From: Clostridia bacterium
Lineage (GTDB): Bacteria; Bacillota; Clostridia; Oscillospirales; CAG-272
Direction of reading: 5' to 3'
Length of the DNA: 64,000 nucleotides
NCBI GenBank assembly: GCA_017407225.1
Contig: JAFQWY010000047.1
Location: 39,522-103,521 of the forward strand
Shown here: positions 32,200 to 41,144 of the stretch, in pieces
Position numbering within the stretch: the stretch's first letter is position 1
How the letters are laid out: each line of letters starts with the position of its first letter
The notes under the pieces: model-generated
The model's database searches: none
Seen by the model: only the letters and a program-made list of their open reading frames with translations
What the model was told of the DNA's origin: nothing
Made by a program: the position numbers and the translations under genes

Positions 32200-32311
32200 C
32201 TCAGATACCATCCTTTACGATTGTGATTTTTCCTGCTTTCATTGTACAGCACAATACCCGGCAAGTAAAGTCATTTCTTGACGAAAAACAGAAAGAATTC
32301 ACACAAACCGA

Positions 32312-32340
32312 TTGATTTCTTTCTTCATCCACGATACAAT
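32312..32340 (+). promoter_or_regulatory. Sigma-A promoter of the AraC gene
   Basis: TTGATT-N17-TACAAT. Confidence 0.6.
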
Positions 32341-32375
32341 TAAGACAGATTTCACCCCCGAAAGGAGGCATACGG

Positions 32376-33272
32376 ATGCATTATCAGCAGGTAAACTCCA
32401 CTCACAGCAAGCACAATGAAATCATTTACTACCGGAACTGTATGTTCGGAGCCCATATGCACCGGGATTACGAGCTGATTCTTCTTCTGCGCGGTTCCCT
32501 TGAGCTGACCGTGGAGCGTCAGACCGTCACGCTGCAGGCTCCCATGTGCGCGGTCATTCTCAAAGATCAGGTGCATTCCCTCCGCAGTCTGAAGGATACC
32601 ACCGCCATTGTCCATGTGTTTTCCGGGGATACCGTTCCCGCCTTCAGTCAGACCGTGTCCGCCAAATCGGGAGCTACCTTTACTTTTGTGCCGCCCGAGG
32701 ATGCACTGCGGTATTATGTCCGCAATTTCGTCCTGACCCAGGATTACAGCCCCTATACAATCAAGGGACTTCTGTACATCCTGCTGGGACACTATCTGAC
32801 CCAGACCGAGTTCACTGCCGTGCAGAACCGTCAGAACGATCTGATCGCCTCCATTTTCAGCTACATCGGCAGCCATTACCGGGAAAACATCACCCTGGAC
32901 GACGTGGCGGCTTTCTGCGGATACAACGCCCACTACATCAGCCGGATTTTCGCCTCCGCCATCGGCATCAATTTCAGAAAGGTTCTCAACGGCTACCGGC
33001 TTGCCCATGCTCTTGAGCTCATGCAGGACACCAATCTTTCCATGACCGAAATCGCCCTGGCGTCGGGATTCGGCAGCGTCCGCAGTTTCAACCGTGTCTA
33101 CGCGGAAAGCATGAAATCCGATGCCGATCCCAAACCTCCGGTCGGCAAGTTCATGGCATATTGGGAATCCGCGATCTGCCTTCACGAATCCACCGCCGCA
33201 GGAAGTACCATCACCTGCCGGGACGAAAACAAACTGAGCTTTATCCGCCGTGATCTGGCGGAATATCTGTGA
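32376..33272 (+). CDS. AraC family transcriptional regulator
   Basis: Cupin HMHRDYE; HTH TLDDVA...YISRIF; IALASGFGSVRSFNR. Confidence 0.92.
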   Translation: MHYQQVNSTHSKHNEIIYYRNCMFGAHMHRDYELILLLRGSLELTVERQTVTLQAPMCAVILKDQVHSLRSLKDTTAIVHVFSGDTVPAFSQTVSAKSGATFTFVPPEDALRYYVRNFVLTQDYSPYTIKGLLYILLGHYLTQTEFTAVQNRQNDLIASIFSYIGSHYRENITLDDVAAFCGYNAHYISRIFASAIGINFRKVLNGYRLAHALELMQDTNLSMTEIALASGFGSVRSFNRVYAESMKSDADPKPPVGKFMAYWESAICLHESTAAGSTITCRDENKLSFIRRDLAEYL

Positions 33273-33366
33273 TTCCCGCCGCATCTTCCCGATCGGTATG
33301 CTGTACGCATTTCAGTCAATTCAATACATCATTCCCGGTTTTTCCGGAATATGAAAGGATGGTTTT

Positions 33367-35031
33367 ATGATTTCCCTGCAGATGAAAATGGTGTCGTCTC
33401 TGGAAAAGTGCTTCATCGACGAAGCCGTGGAGACCAAAACCGAAAAGAACAGCTTTGTCATGTTCGCCAACGAAAAGCTGTCGTTCCAGGTCATGTACCG
33501 CGCCAACGTGTACGACGAAGGCATTGCCTCCTACACCGGTGCTCTTGCCGTGAGCGGTGCGCTGGCTCCCTATGCCGAGGTACGGCTGGTGGCGAATGTG
33601 CCCAACCAGTACCCCACCTACAATGTCAGCCCCGGCGGTGAATTTCTCCGCACCGAACCCGGTCTGTATCCCGATCTGATCCGTCCCCTGCCCTATCCCG
33701 GCCAAGTCTCCCTTCCCCATAACCAGACTCATGCGCTGTGGGTGGACATCCGCCTCCCGGAGGACTTTGAACCCGGCACCTACGACATCACCGTCGCCCT
33801 GACCCGCAGGGACGAAACCCTCGCATCCGTTACGGGAGAGGTAAAGGTTCTCGCAGAAAAGCTGCCTCCGCAGACCCTGATCCACACCGAGTGGTTCTAC
33901 ACGGACTGCATCGCCAACCACTACCACACCAAGGCGTTCTCCGAACAGCACTGGAAGCACATCGAAAGCTACCTCCGCACCGCAGTGGAGAACGGCATAA
34001 ACATGATCCTCACCCCCGTGTTCACACCCGAGCTTGACACCTATGTGGGAGGCGAACGTCTGACCACCCAGCTGGTTGACATCGAGCTGACCGGAGAAAA
34101 TACCTATGCCTTCGAATTCAGCAAGCTCCACCGCTGGATCGACCTCTGTCTGGACTGCGGCGTGGAATACTTTGAGATTCCCCATTTCTTCACCCAGTGG
34201 GGTGCAAAAGCCGCTCCCAAGATCATCGTCAGGGTAAACGGCCGCCGCAGGAATTACTTCGGCTGGAAGGTCGAATCCACCGGCGAAAAATACAGAACCT
34301 TCCTCGCCCAGTTCATCCCGGCCCTGGTGGAAGAATTCAAAAAGCGCGGTCTGGATCACAGGTGCTTCTATCACATCTCCGACGAACCCAGTCTCAAGGC
34401 ACTGGATCACTACCGCAAATGCAGGGAAATCGTCTCCCCCTATCTGGAAGGCTATCCCATCATCGACGCCCTTTCCGAGCTGGAATTCTACACCTCCGGC
34501 GCCATCGACAAGCCCGTTCCCAATACACGCAGTGCACTGAAATTCCACGAAGCCGGTGTACCCGGACTGTGGACCTATCACTGCGGCGGCGGCAGAGCGG
34601 GTGTTGCGGACCGTTCCATTTCCATGCCCGGATGGCGCACCAGAATTCTCGGCGTACAGCTGTACTACTATAATATTGAAGGCTTCCTCCACTGGGGGTT
34701 CAATTTTTACAACACCCGTCATTCCTACAGTGTACTGGATCCCTACGGCAATCCCGACGGCTGCTACTTCACTCCTTCCGGCGACTGCTTCCTGGTCTAT
34801 CCCGGCACCGACGGCAAGGCATGGCCCTCCATCCGTCTCAACGCCCTGAGAGAAGCCATGGACGATATCCGTGCACTGCGTCTGTACGAAGAAAAATTCG
34901 GCAGAGAAGCCGCTGAAAAACTCATTCTTGAAGACACCGACGGCTCGCTGACCTTCACCCACTACCCCACCGAACCCGCATATCTCACCAATCTGCGCGA
35001 AAAGATCGCCGCTGCATTGGCTGACGCATAA
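33367..35031 (+). CDS. DUF4091 / GH123-like glycoside hydrolase
   Basis: TPELDTYVGGER, PHFFTQWGA, HISDEP, GFLHWGFNFY, SIRL...DDIRAL. Confidence 0.8.
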   Translation: MISLQMKMVSSLEKCFIDEAVETKTEKNSFVMFANEKLSFQVMYRANVYDEGIASYTGALAVSGALAPYAEVRLVANVPNQYPTYNVSPGGEFLRTEPGLYPDLIRPLPYPGQVSLPHNQTHALWVDIRLPEDFEPGTYDITVALTRRDETLASVTGEVKVLAEKLPPQTLIHTEWFYTDCIANHYHTKAFSEQHWKHIESYLRTAVENGINMILTPVFTPELDTYVGGERLTTQLVDIELTGENTYAFEFSKLHRWIDLCLDCGVEYFEIPHFFTQWGAKAAPKIIVRVNGRRRNYFGWKVESTGEKYRTFLAQFIPALVEEFKKRGLDHRCFYHISDEPSLKALDHYRKCREIVSPYLEGYPIIDALSELEFYTSGAIDKPVPNTRSALKFHEAGVPGLWTYHCGGGRAGVADRSISMPGWRTRILGVQLYYYNIEGFLHWGFNFYNTRHSYSVLDPYGNPDGCYFTPSGDCFLVYPGTDGKAWPSIRLNALREAMDDIRALRLYEEKFGREAAEKLILEDTDGSLTFTHYPTEPAYLTNLREKIAAALADA

Positions 35032-35040
35032 ACCATCCGG

Positions 35041-35081
35041 CCGGCTTTGCTCCTGATTCAAACGGGAGTAAAGCCGGTTTT
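35041..35081 (+). terminator. Rho-independent terminator
   Basis: CCGGCTTTGCTCC...GGAGTAAAGCCGG followed by TTTTT. Confidence 0.8.
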
Positions 35082-35143
35082 TCCTTTCCCCCGTCACCGT
35101 ACCGGATTTCCCTGAAAAAACAAGACAATATTGACAGTCGGTA

Positions 35144-35172
35144 TTGACAAGCTGATTTATCGATGATACAAT
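35144..35172 (+). promoter_or_regulatory. Sigma-A promoter
   Basis: TTGACA-N17-TACAAT. Confidence 0.8.
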
Positions 35173-35293
35173 GTATGTACAATCCGACGGGTTTCCGGGG
35201 GATTTTTAATAAAATTCTGTGTTTTTCGCAAAAATCACAGCGGATTATCAGTTTGGTTCAAAAAATCAAATATATCATAAAAGGAGAACACAC

Positions 35294-38200
35294 ATGAAAA
35301 AAAGAGCACTGTCCTTCATTCTCGCACTGACCATGATCGCTGCACTGGCAGTTGTGGGAATCGGCGCGGTCTCCATCGAACCGGGGCTTCAGCCCACTTC
35401 CGCACATACGAACATGACGGCGGCACCGTTCGATGAGATGCCCCGCACCTTTGATGCAGTCATTCATCTGCCCACCACGTACGCAGACCGTGCAGGCGTA
35501 ATCGTAGGCAACTACTGGGGCGGCGATGCGTGCATCAGCTTCGAAATCAATGCAGGCGGTCTGCCCCGTCTGTACTATCAGGACGAAGCAAAAACCGTTT
35601 ACAACCATGTATTCAACGAAGTGGATATCCGTTCCGACAAGCCCGTGCGGCTGACTCTGGTACAGGATCCCGCAGCAAAGACCATCACCTGTTACGTCAA
35701 CGGCGAAGCAAAGCAGACCCTCAACTGTGCGGCAGGCCTCCCCGATGAGATCATCCCCACACAGGCACAGATGATCGGCGGCGACTTCCGTGACGGCAAC
35801 GGACAGTCCTTCAAGGGCATCATTTACAAGGTAAATCTGTACTCCGATGCCCTCACCGCCGACCAGGTTGCATCCGGCACCGGTACCGGCCTCATGGCGG
35901 CATATGACTTCACCAAGGCTGATGCGGGCAAGGATCTGTCCGGCAACGGCTACGACCTCGGCGGCAAGCTGAATATCGTCGTTCCTCCCATGACCGGTCT
36001 GGTTTCCGAGGCGAACAAACCTGTCAAGACCGCATCCCCCCTCTCCGCGATGCCCAGAACCTTTGACGCCATCGTCAAGCTTCCCACCACTTACGCGGAC
36101 CGTGCGGGCGTTATTATCGGCAACTACACCGACGGCAGCACATCCGCCATCAGCTTTGAAATTCAGGCCGGCGGCGTTCCCCGTCTGTACTATCAGGAAG
36201 GCTCCGCCACCTGGAACCATCTCTTCAATGAAGTGGATATGCGTTCCGATATGCCTCTCCGCCTGACCCTTGTGCAGGATCCCGCAGCGAAAACCATCAC
36301 CTGCTACATCAACGGCGAAGCAAAGCAGACCCTGAACTGCGCCGACGGTCTCCCGGACGAGATCATCACCGCTCAGGAGCAGATGATCGGCGGCGACTTC
36401 CGCGGCGGCAATGCACAGTTCTTCAAGGGCACCATCTATCAGGCTGCCATCTACTCCGATGCTCTCACCGCTGACCAGATCGCATCCGGCACCGGCACCG
36501 GTCTGCTGGCCGAATACGACTTCACCGCAGCGGCGGATCAGCACATCGACCTGTCCGGCAACGGCTACGACCTTGCAGGAACTCTGAACATCCTCGATCC
36601 CGATGCATATGTGGAACCCGAAATCAACGAAGGTATGACCTTTGATGCAGCCGCGCTGTACCAGACAAACGAAGACGGCTACACCGATGCTCCCTACACC
36701 TACTCTGCTTGGGTATATCTGTCCAAGACTGTCAGCGGACGCGGCGGCGTTATCATCGGCAACTATCAGGGCGGCGGCGTACCCTGCGTCAGCATCGAAA
36801 TCTCCGATGCGGGTGTTCCCAGATTCTATCACATCAACCTGAGCGGCTCCGTCACTGACCTGAAATTCGCGGATGCCGATCTGCGTACCGGAGATTGGGC
36901 ACATCTGGCATTCACCGTAACCGATGTTGTTGCCTGCTACGTCAACGGTGAACTGGTCGGCGAAAAGCCCCTGGGCGAATTTGAAACGCTCGCAACCGAA
37001 ATGACCATCGGCATCGGCGGCGACCTCCGCGGCGGCAATGCACAGTTCTTCAAGGGCAAGATCCGTGAAATCGCTCTGTTCGAAGACGCACTGACTCCTC
37101 TTGAAATCGATACTCTTTACAAAAAAGGCGCAGCTGCTGTGAGCAAGGATCTGGTAGCACACTACGATCTGACAAATGCTGAAGCCGGCAAGGATATCGA
37201 AGACCTCTCCGGCAACGGTTATACCGCTTTCGCAGACCCCAGATTCTTCACCGATAAGGATCCCGTAGGCGAATATGCATACTCCTTCGCATTCATCGGC
37301 GACACCCAGAATCTGAACGAAAAATTCCCCGATGATTTCACAAAGATTTACGACTGGCTGGCAGCCAACAAGGATGCAAAGAAAATCCAGCACGTATTCG
37401 GTCTGGGCGACATCACCAACAGCGACACCGACAAGGAATGGAAGACCGCTCTGGACGGCATCTCCAAGCTGGACGGCGTAATCCCATACTCTCTGGTGCG
37501 CGGCAACCACGACTCCACGGCACAGTTCACCAAGACCTTCGGCACCGATGTTTACAAGAATCAGTTTGAAGGCTTCTACAACGACACGCTGGCAAATTCC
37601 TGGCGCACCTTCAAGGCAGGCAGTGTGGATTACCTCTTCATCACCCTCGACTACGGTGCAGACGATGATGTTCTGAACTGGGCATCCGATGTAATCGCAT
37701 CCCACCCGGATCACAAGGTTATCATTACCACCCACTGCTACCTCTTCCACGACGGCACCACCCTTGATGAAGGCGACATTTGTCCTCCCTCCACCTCCGG
37801 CGGTACCAACAACGGCGACCATATGTGGGACAAGCTGATCTCCAAGCACGCCAACATCGTTCTGGTTGTCAGCGGTCACGACCCGTGGGACACCATCGTA
37901 AAGAAGCAGACAAAGGGTGACAACGGCAATACCGTTACCCAGGTTCTCATCGACCCTCAGACCGTCGAACTTGGCGGCGCAATGGGTATGGTGGCAATGT
38001 TCTACTTCTCCGAAGACGGCAGTGAAATCGAAGTGGAATACTATTCCACCGTTCGCGAAAAGTTCTTCATGCTGGAAAACCAGTTCAAGATGACCATTCC
38101 TCCCATAGAAGTCAAGCCCGCGGAAACCGAACCTGCCGAGACCGCAGCTCCCGAAACCGAAGCGGCTGACACCGATGCTCCCGCAGCAGACACTCCTGCC

Positions 38201-38350
38201 GAAACTTCCGCTCCTGCTGAAACCGATGCTCCCGCAGTATCCGCTCCCAAGGAAAGCGGCAATACCGGCATCATCATCGGCGTAATCGCAGCAGTTGTCG
38301 TCATCGGCGGCGCGGCAGGCGTCATTATCGCAAAGAAAAAGAAGGGCTGA
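35294..38350 (+). CDS. Membrane-anchored protein: three LamG-like domains + calcineurin-like metallophosphoesterase + Pro/Ala/Glu/Thr linker + C-terminal TM
   Basis: Signal peptide; GDTQ, GDITN, GNHD, TH, SGHD; C-terminal hydrophobic helix followed by KKKKG; AGGAG RBS. Confidence 0.85.
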   Translation: MKKRALSFILALTMIAALAVVGIGAVSIEPGLQPTSAHTNMTAAPFDEMPRTFDAVIHLPTTYADRAGVIVGNYWGGDACISFEINAGGLPRLYYQDEAKTVYNHVFNEVDIRSDKPVRLTLVQDPAAKTITCYVNGEAKQTLNCAAGLPDEIIPTQAQMIGGDFRDGNGQSFKGIIYKVNLYSDALTADQVASGTGTGLMAAYDFTKADAGKDLSGNGYDLGGKLNIVVPPMTGLVSEANKPVKTASPLSAMPRTFDAIVKLPTTYADRAGVIIGNYTDGSTSAISFEIQAGGVPRLYYQEGSATWNHLFNEVDMRSDMPLRLTLVQDPAAKTITCYINGEAKQTLNCADGLPDEIITAQEQMIGGDFRGGNAQFFKGTIYQAAIYSDALTADQIASGTGTGLLAEYDFTAAADQHIDLSGNGYDLAGTLNILDPDAYVEPEINEGMTFDAAALYQTNEDGYTDAPYTYSAWVYLSKTVSGRGGVIIGNYQGGGVPCVSIEISDAGVPRFYHINLSGSVTDLKFADADLRTGDWAHLAFTVTDVVACYVNGELVGEKPLGEFETLATEMTIGIGGDLRGGNAQFFKGKIREIALFEDALTPLEIDTLYKKGAAAVSKDLVAHYDLTNAEAGKDIEDLSGNGYTAFADPRFFTDKDPVGEYAYSFAFIGDTQNLNEKFPDDFTKIYDWLAANKDAKKIQHVFGLGDITNSDTDKEWKTALDGISKLDGVIPYSLVRGNHDSTAQFTKTFGTDVYKNQFEGFYNDTLANSWRTFKAGSVDYLFITLDYGADDDVLNWASDVIASHPDHKVIITTHCYLFHDGTTLDEGDICPPSTSGGTNNGDHMWDKLISKHANIVLVVSGHDPWDTIVKKQTKGDNGNTVTQVLIDPQTVELGGAMGMVAMFYFSEDGSEIEVEYYSTVREKFFMLENQFKMTIPPIEVKPAETEPAETAAPETEAADTDAPAADTPAETSAPAETDAPAVSAPKESGNTGIIIGVIAAVVVIGGAAGVIIAKKKKG
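35430..36580 (+). repeat. Intragenic tandem duplication (period about 612 bp) of a LamG-like domain
   Basis: CAGGATCCCGCAGC at 35663 and 36275; repeated MPRTFDA...LPTTYADRAGVI. Confidence 0.9.
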
Positions 38351-38363
38351 TCCCTTCCGCAGC

Positions 38364-38413
38364 AGAAACGCACGGATCTCGTAATCTTACGGGAACCGTG
38401 CGTTCTCTTTTTG
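38364..38413. terminator. Terminator between convergent genes
   Basis: AACGCACGG...CCGTGCGTT hairpin followed by a T tract. Confidence 0.75.
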
Positions 38414-38417
38414 TTTG

Positions 38418-39554
38418 TCAGCAGAATACGTCATCCAGGAAGCAGGGTTCGTAACCGTTTTCCGCAGCCCATCCTACCGCTGTGAAGATCTTCTTCCGGT
38501 AGTCTTCCTGATAGTACCGGTACTTCGGGTAGAAATACTGCTCATGGGTTACAAAATTCATCGTTCCTGCCTCATGGGGACATTCGTTTTTCAGATAATC
38601 CAGACGGGGTCTGATTTCATCCGCCCCAAACTGGTCGATCACCATCTTGTCCTTTGAGAAAATGATGTCCTCCTCATTGTCCACCCAGAAATCCCGTCCG
38701 CAGCAGTGTGCGTTCTGCTCCCGGTTCAGGTAGTAGGCAATGGACGGGCATCCGTTTTCCGTAGTGTAGTAGCCCACCAGACACCGGATTCCCACCGAAC
38801 GCAGCGCTCTTGCACCTTCCAGAGTGGTTTCGGCGAAATGCAGACCGTTGACGCTGGTGTTCACCTCCGGTCCCGCAAACCGCAGAATCTGGTTCGTCAC
38901 CTGATGATAGTCATGCAGCAGCTCCGAGTAGGGCGCGTGCTGATAAATGTGGTTGGGATCGTTGGCACGGGCATGGAAAGTGAACTTCAGCCATTCGCTG
39001 TTGGCTATGAATTCCTCCCGGAATTTGTCCGGCACCTGATCCAGTGTGAACGTCCGGGTTTCGTCGGTGTAGTAGATATTCATATGCACCTTGGTGCCGT
39101 ACTCCCCGTGGAGATCCCGGAACAGCCCGAAAAACGGCACCTGAAAGATGGATGAAATTTCGTCGGCGCGCTCGGTCAGCTCCATCATGGACCACACGAT
39201 GTCGTCAATGGCAAGACGGTATTTCCGGTAGGCTTCCTTGAATCGCCAAACCCGGATCACCGCCTCCGCACCGAACGCACGGGCATCCAGCGTTGTCCGT
39301 ACGCCGTCCAAAGGCACCTTCACGGTGTACACCGCATCGCAGGCGGTATCGATTTCGTCCCGTCCGGGGTTCATCACCCGCTCCGCCTTCCGCTCGTTCA
39401 CGGTTACGTCAATATCCTTGCCGCCCACAATTCCGGAAACCAGAAGCCGCACCGGAATCCACAGCCGCTCGCCGTACAATGGCTCCGTGATCAGCTCACC
39501 GTCATCGGTCGTCAGCACATCCCCGTCGATGGGAAAGAGAAATCTGATTTTCAT
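38418..39554 (-). CDS. Hypothetical protein with a probable polysaccharide-deacetylase-like barrel
   Basis: IDD, FHA, HFAE, THEQYF pattern; continuous 378 aa ORF. Confidence 0.55.
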   Translation of the reverse strand: MKIRFLFPIDGDVLTTDDGELITEPLYGERLWIPVRLLVSGIVGGKDIDVTVNERKAERVMNPGRDEIDTACDAVYTVKVPLDGVRTTLDARAFGAEAVIRVWRFKEAYRKYRLAIDDIVWSMMELTERADEISSIFQVPFFGLFRDLHGEYGTKVHMNIYYTDETRTFTLDQVPDKFREEFIANSEWLKFTFHARANDPNHIYQHAPYSELLHDYHQVTNQILRFAGPEVNTSVNGLHFAETTLEGARALRSVGIRCLVGYYTTENGCPSIAYYLNREQNAHCCGRDFWVDNEEDIIFSKDKMVIDQFGADEIRPRLDYLKNECPHEAGTMNFVTHEQYFYPKYRYYQEDYRKKIFTAVGWAAENGYEPCFLDDVFC

Positions 39555-39572
39555 GTTGTCGTCCCCTGTCTG

Positions 39573-40151
39573 TCAGTCTCTGTCAGCCGCAGTTTTTGCA
39601 CGGATCACCTCAGCGGCAGGCTTTGTGTATTCCTCCGCCTCAATGTGCAGACCTGCGAACAGCTTCATTTCCGCCCACGGAATGTGGCAGTATCCGCCGG
39701 GGTTCTTTTCCAGATAATTCTGATGATACTCTTCGGCGGAGAAGAAATTCTTCAGAGGTCCGATCTCCACAAAAAACGGTGCTCCGCTGCTCTTCTCGAT
39801 TTCCGCAATCCGCTCCGCCGTTTCCCGGGATTTCTCATCCGTATAATAGATTCCGGTCTGATACTGGGTACCGATATCCGCTCCCTGCCGGTTCTGCACG
39901 GTCGGATCAATCACGTAGAAATACGCCATCAGAATGGCTTCCAGACTCACCTGTGCGGCATCGTATTCCACACGCACCGTCTCACGGAATCCGGTTTTTC
40001 CGGTGCAGACCGTTTTATAGTCCGCGTCTTCCTCGCCGGTGCCGTTGGCGTATCCGCTCCGGGCATCGATGACACCGGGAATGGACTGCATCAGGTGCTC
40101 GATTCCCCAGAAGCAGCCCCCGGCCAGATAAATCACATTTGTTTTTTCCAT
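39573..40151 (-). CDS. msrA: Peptide methionine sulfoxide reductase MsrA
   Basis: AGGCFWG, SGYANG, QYQTGIY, AEEYHQNYL..NPGGYCH. Confidence 0.93.
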   Translation of the reverse strand: MEKTNVIYLAGGCFWGIEHLMQSIPGVIDARSGYANGTGEEDADYKTVCTGKTGFRETVRVEYDAAQVSLEAILMAYFYVIDPTVQNRQGADIGTQYQTGIYYTDEKSRETAERIAEIEKSSGAPFFVEIGPLKNFFSAEEYHQNYLEKNPGGYCHIPWAEMKLFAGLHIEAEEYTKPAAEVIRAKTAADRD

Positions 40152-40177
40152 ATTCAGCATCTCCTGTTGTTTCTGTG

Positions 40178-41092
40178 TTACGGCAGGCAGTGTCCGGCGG
40201 CGCGGTAGATTTCGTACCATTCCGTCCGGGACAGGGTCACGTCCGCCGCTTTGCAGACATCACTCAGATGATCGGGATTCATGGTGCCGGCGATCAGCTG
40301 CATATTTGCGGGATGACGGAGGATCCATGCAGCCGCAGTACCCGTTTTGGACAGACCGTATCTGTCCCCGATTTCCGCCAGTTTCGCGTTGAGTTCCGGG
40401 AAATCCTTGTTATCGACGAAATTGCCGCCGAAGAATCCGTGCTGGAAGGGGGACCATGTCTGGATGGTAATCTTTCTGATGCGGCTGTACTCCAGAAATC
40501 CGCCGTCATGCATCACGGAGTCGGCATTCTTCATGTTTACGTTCATACCCGATGTGACCATACCGGCTTCGGTGACGGAGAACTGCAGCTGGTTCACCTT
40601 GAGAGGCTGTCTGACCGCTGTTTTCAGCAGCTCAATCTGCATGGCGTTGTGATTGGAAACGCCGAACTGCCGTACTTTGCCTGCGGATTCCAGCTCATCG
40701 AACGCTTCCGCCACTTCTTCCGGTTCCATCAGAGTATCGGGACGGTGCAGAAGCAGAAAATCCACACAGTCAACGCCCAGCCGCTTCAGGCTTCCCTCCA
40801 CGGCACTGAGAATGTGCTCCTTTGAAAAATCGTACTGTCCGTTCCGGATGGCGCACTTGGTCTGAATGATGATCTTATCCCGCACACCGGCATGGCGCTT
40901 CAGATATTCGCCGAACAGAACTTCCGACTGTCCGCCGCCGTAAATGTCCGCGTGGTCGAAGAAATTGATCCCGTTTTCCAGGGCACAGTCCATAATGGCA
41001 TCCACGCGCTTTTCATCCAGTCCCGCCATTCTCATGCATCCGAGAGAAACCGCGGACGCCGCCGGTGCTGTGCCGATATTCAGATATTTCAT
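40178..41092 (-). CDS. Aldo/keto reductase (YdhF/YcsN-like)
   Basis: FDHADIYG, LLHRPD, GVSNH, AWILRHP. Confidence 0.92.
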   Translation of the reverse strand: MKYLNIGTAPAASAVSLGCMRMAGLDEKRVDAIMDCALENGINFFDHADIYGGGQSEVLFGEYLKRHAGVRDKIIIQTKCAIRNGQYDFSKEHILSAVEGSLKRLGVDCVDFLLLHRPDTLMEPEEVAEAFDELESAGKVRQFGVSNHNAMQIELLKTAVRQPLKVNQLQFSVTEAGMVTSGMNVNMKNADSVMHDGGFLEYSRIRKITIQTWSPFQHGFFGGNFVDNKDFPELNAKLAEIGDRYGLSKTGTAAAWILRHPANMQLIAGTMNPDHLSDVCKAADVTLSRTEWYEIYRAAGHCLP

Positions 41093-41144
41093 AAGTTATC
41101 TCCTGTCTGTTTTTTACTGTGTTTGTCTCTTTTCCGGTCTCCGG

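Noticed and set aside
35258-37879. 873-aa ORF on the - strand, and similar long antisense ORFs (16988-18898, 18685-20319, 30478-32226, 33316-35097, 40944-42578, 45227-47008)
   Set aside because: Shadow frames opposite well-supported genes.
38110-38250. Pro/Ala/Glu/Thr-rich repeats (also 27740-27890)
   Set aside because: Ordinary flexible linkers of surface proteins; no clear LPxTG sortase motif.
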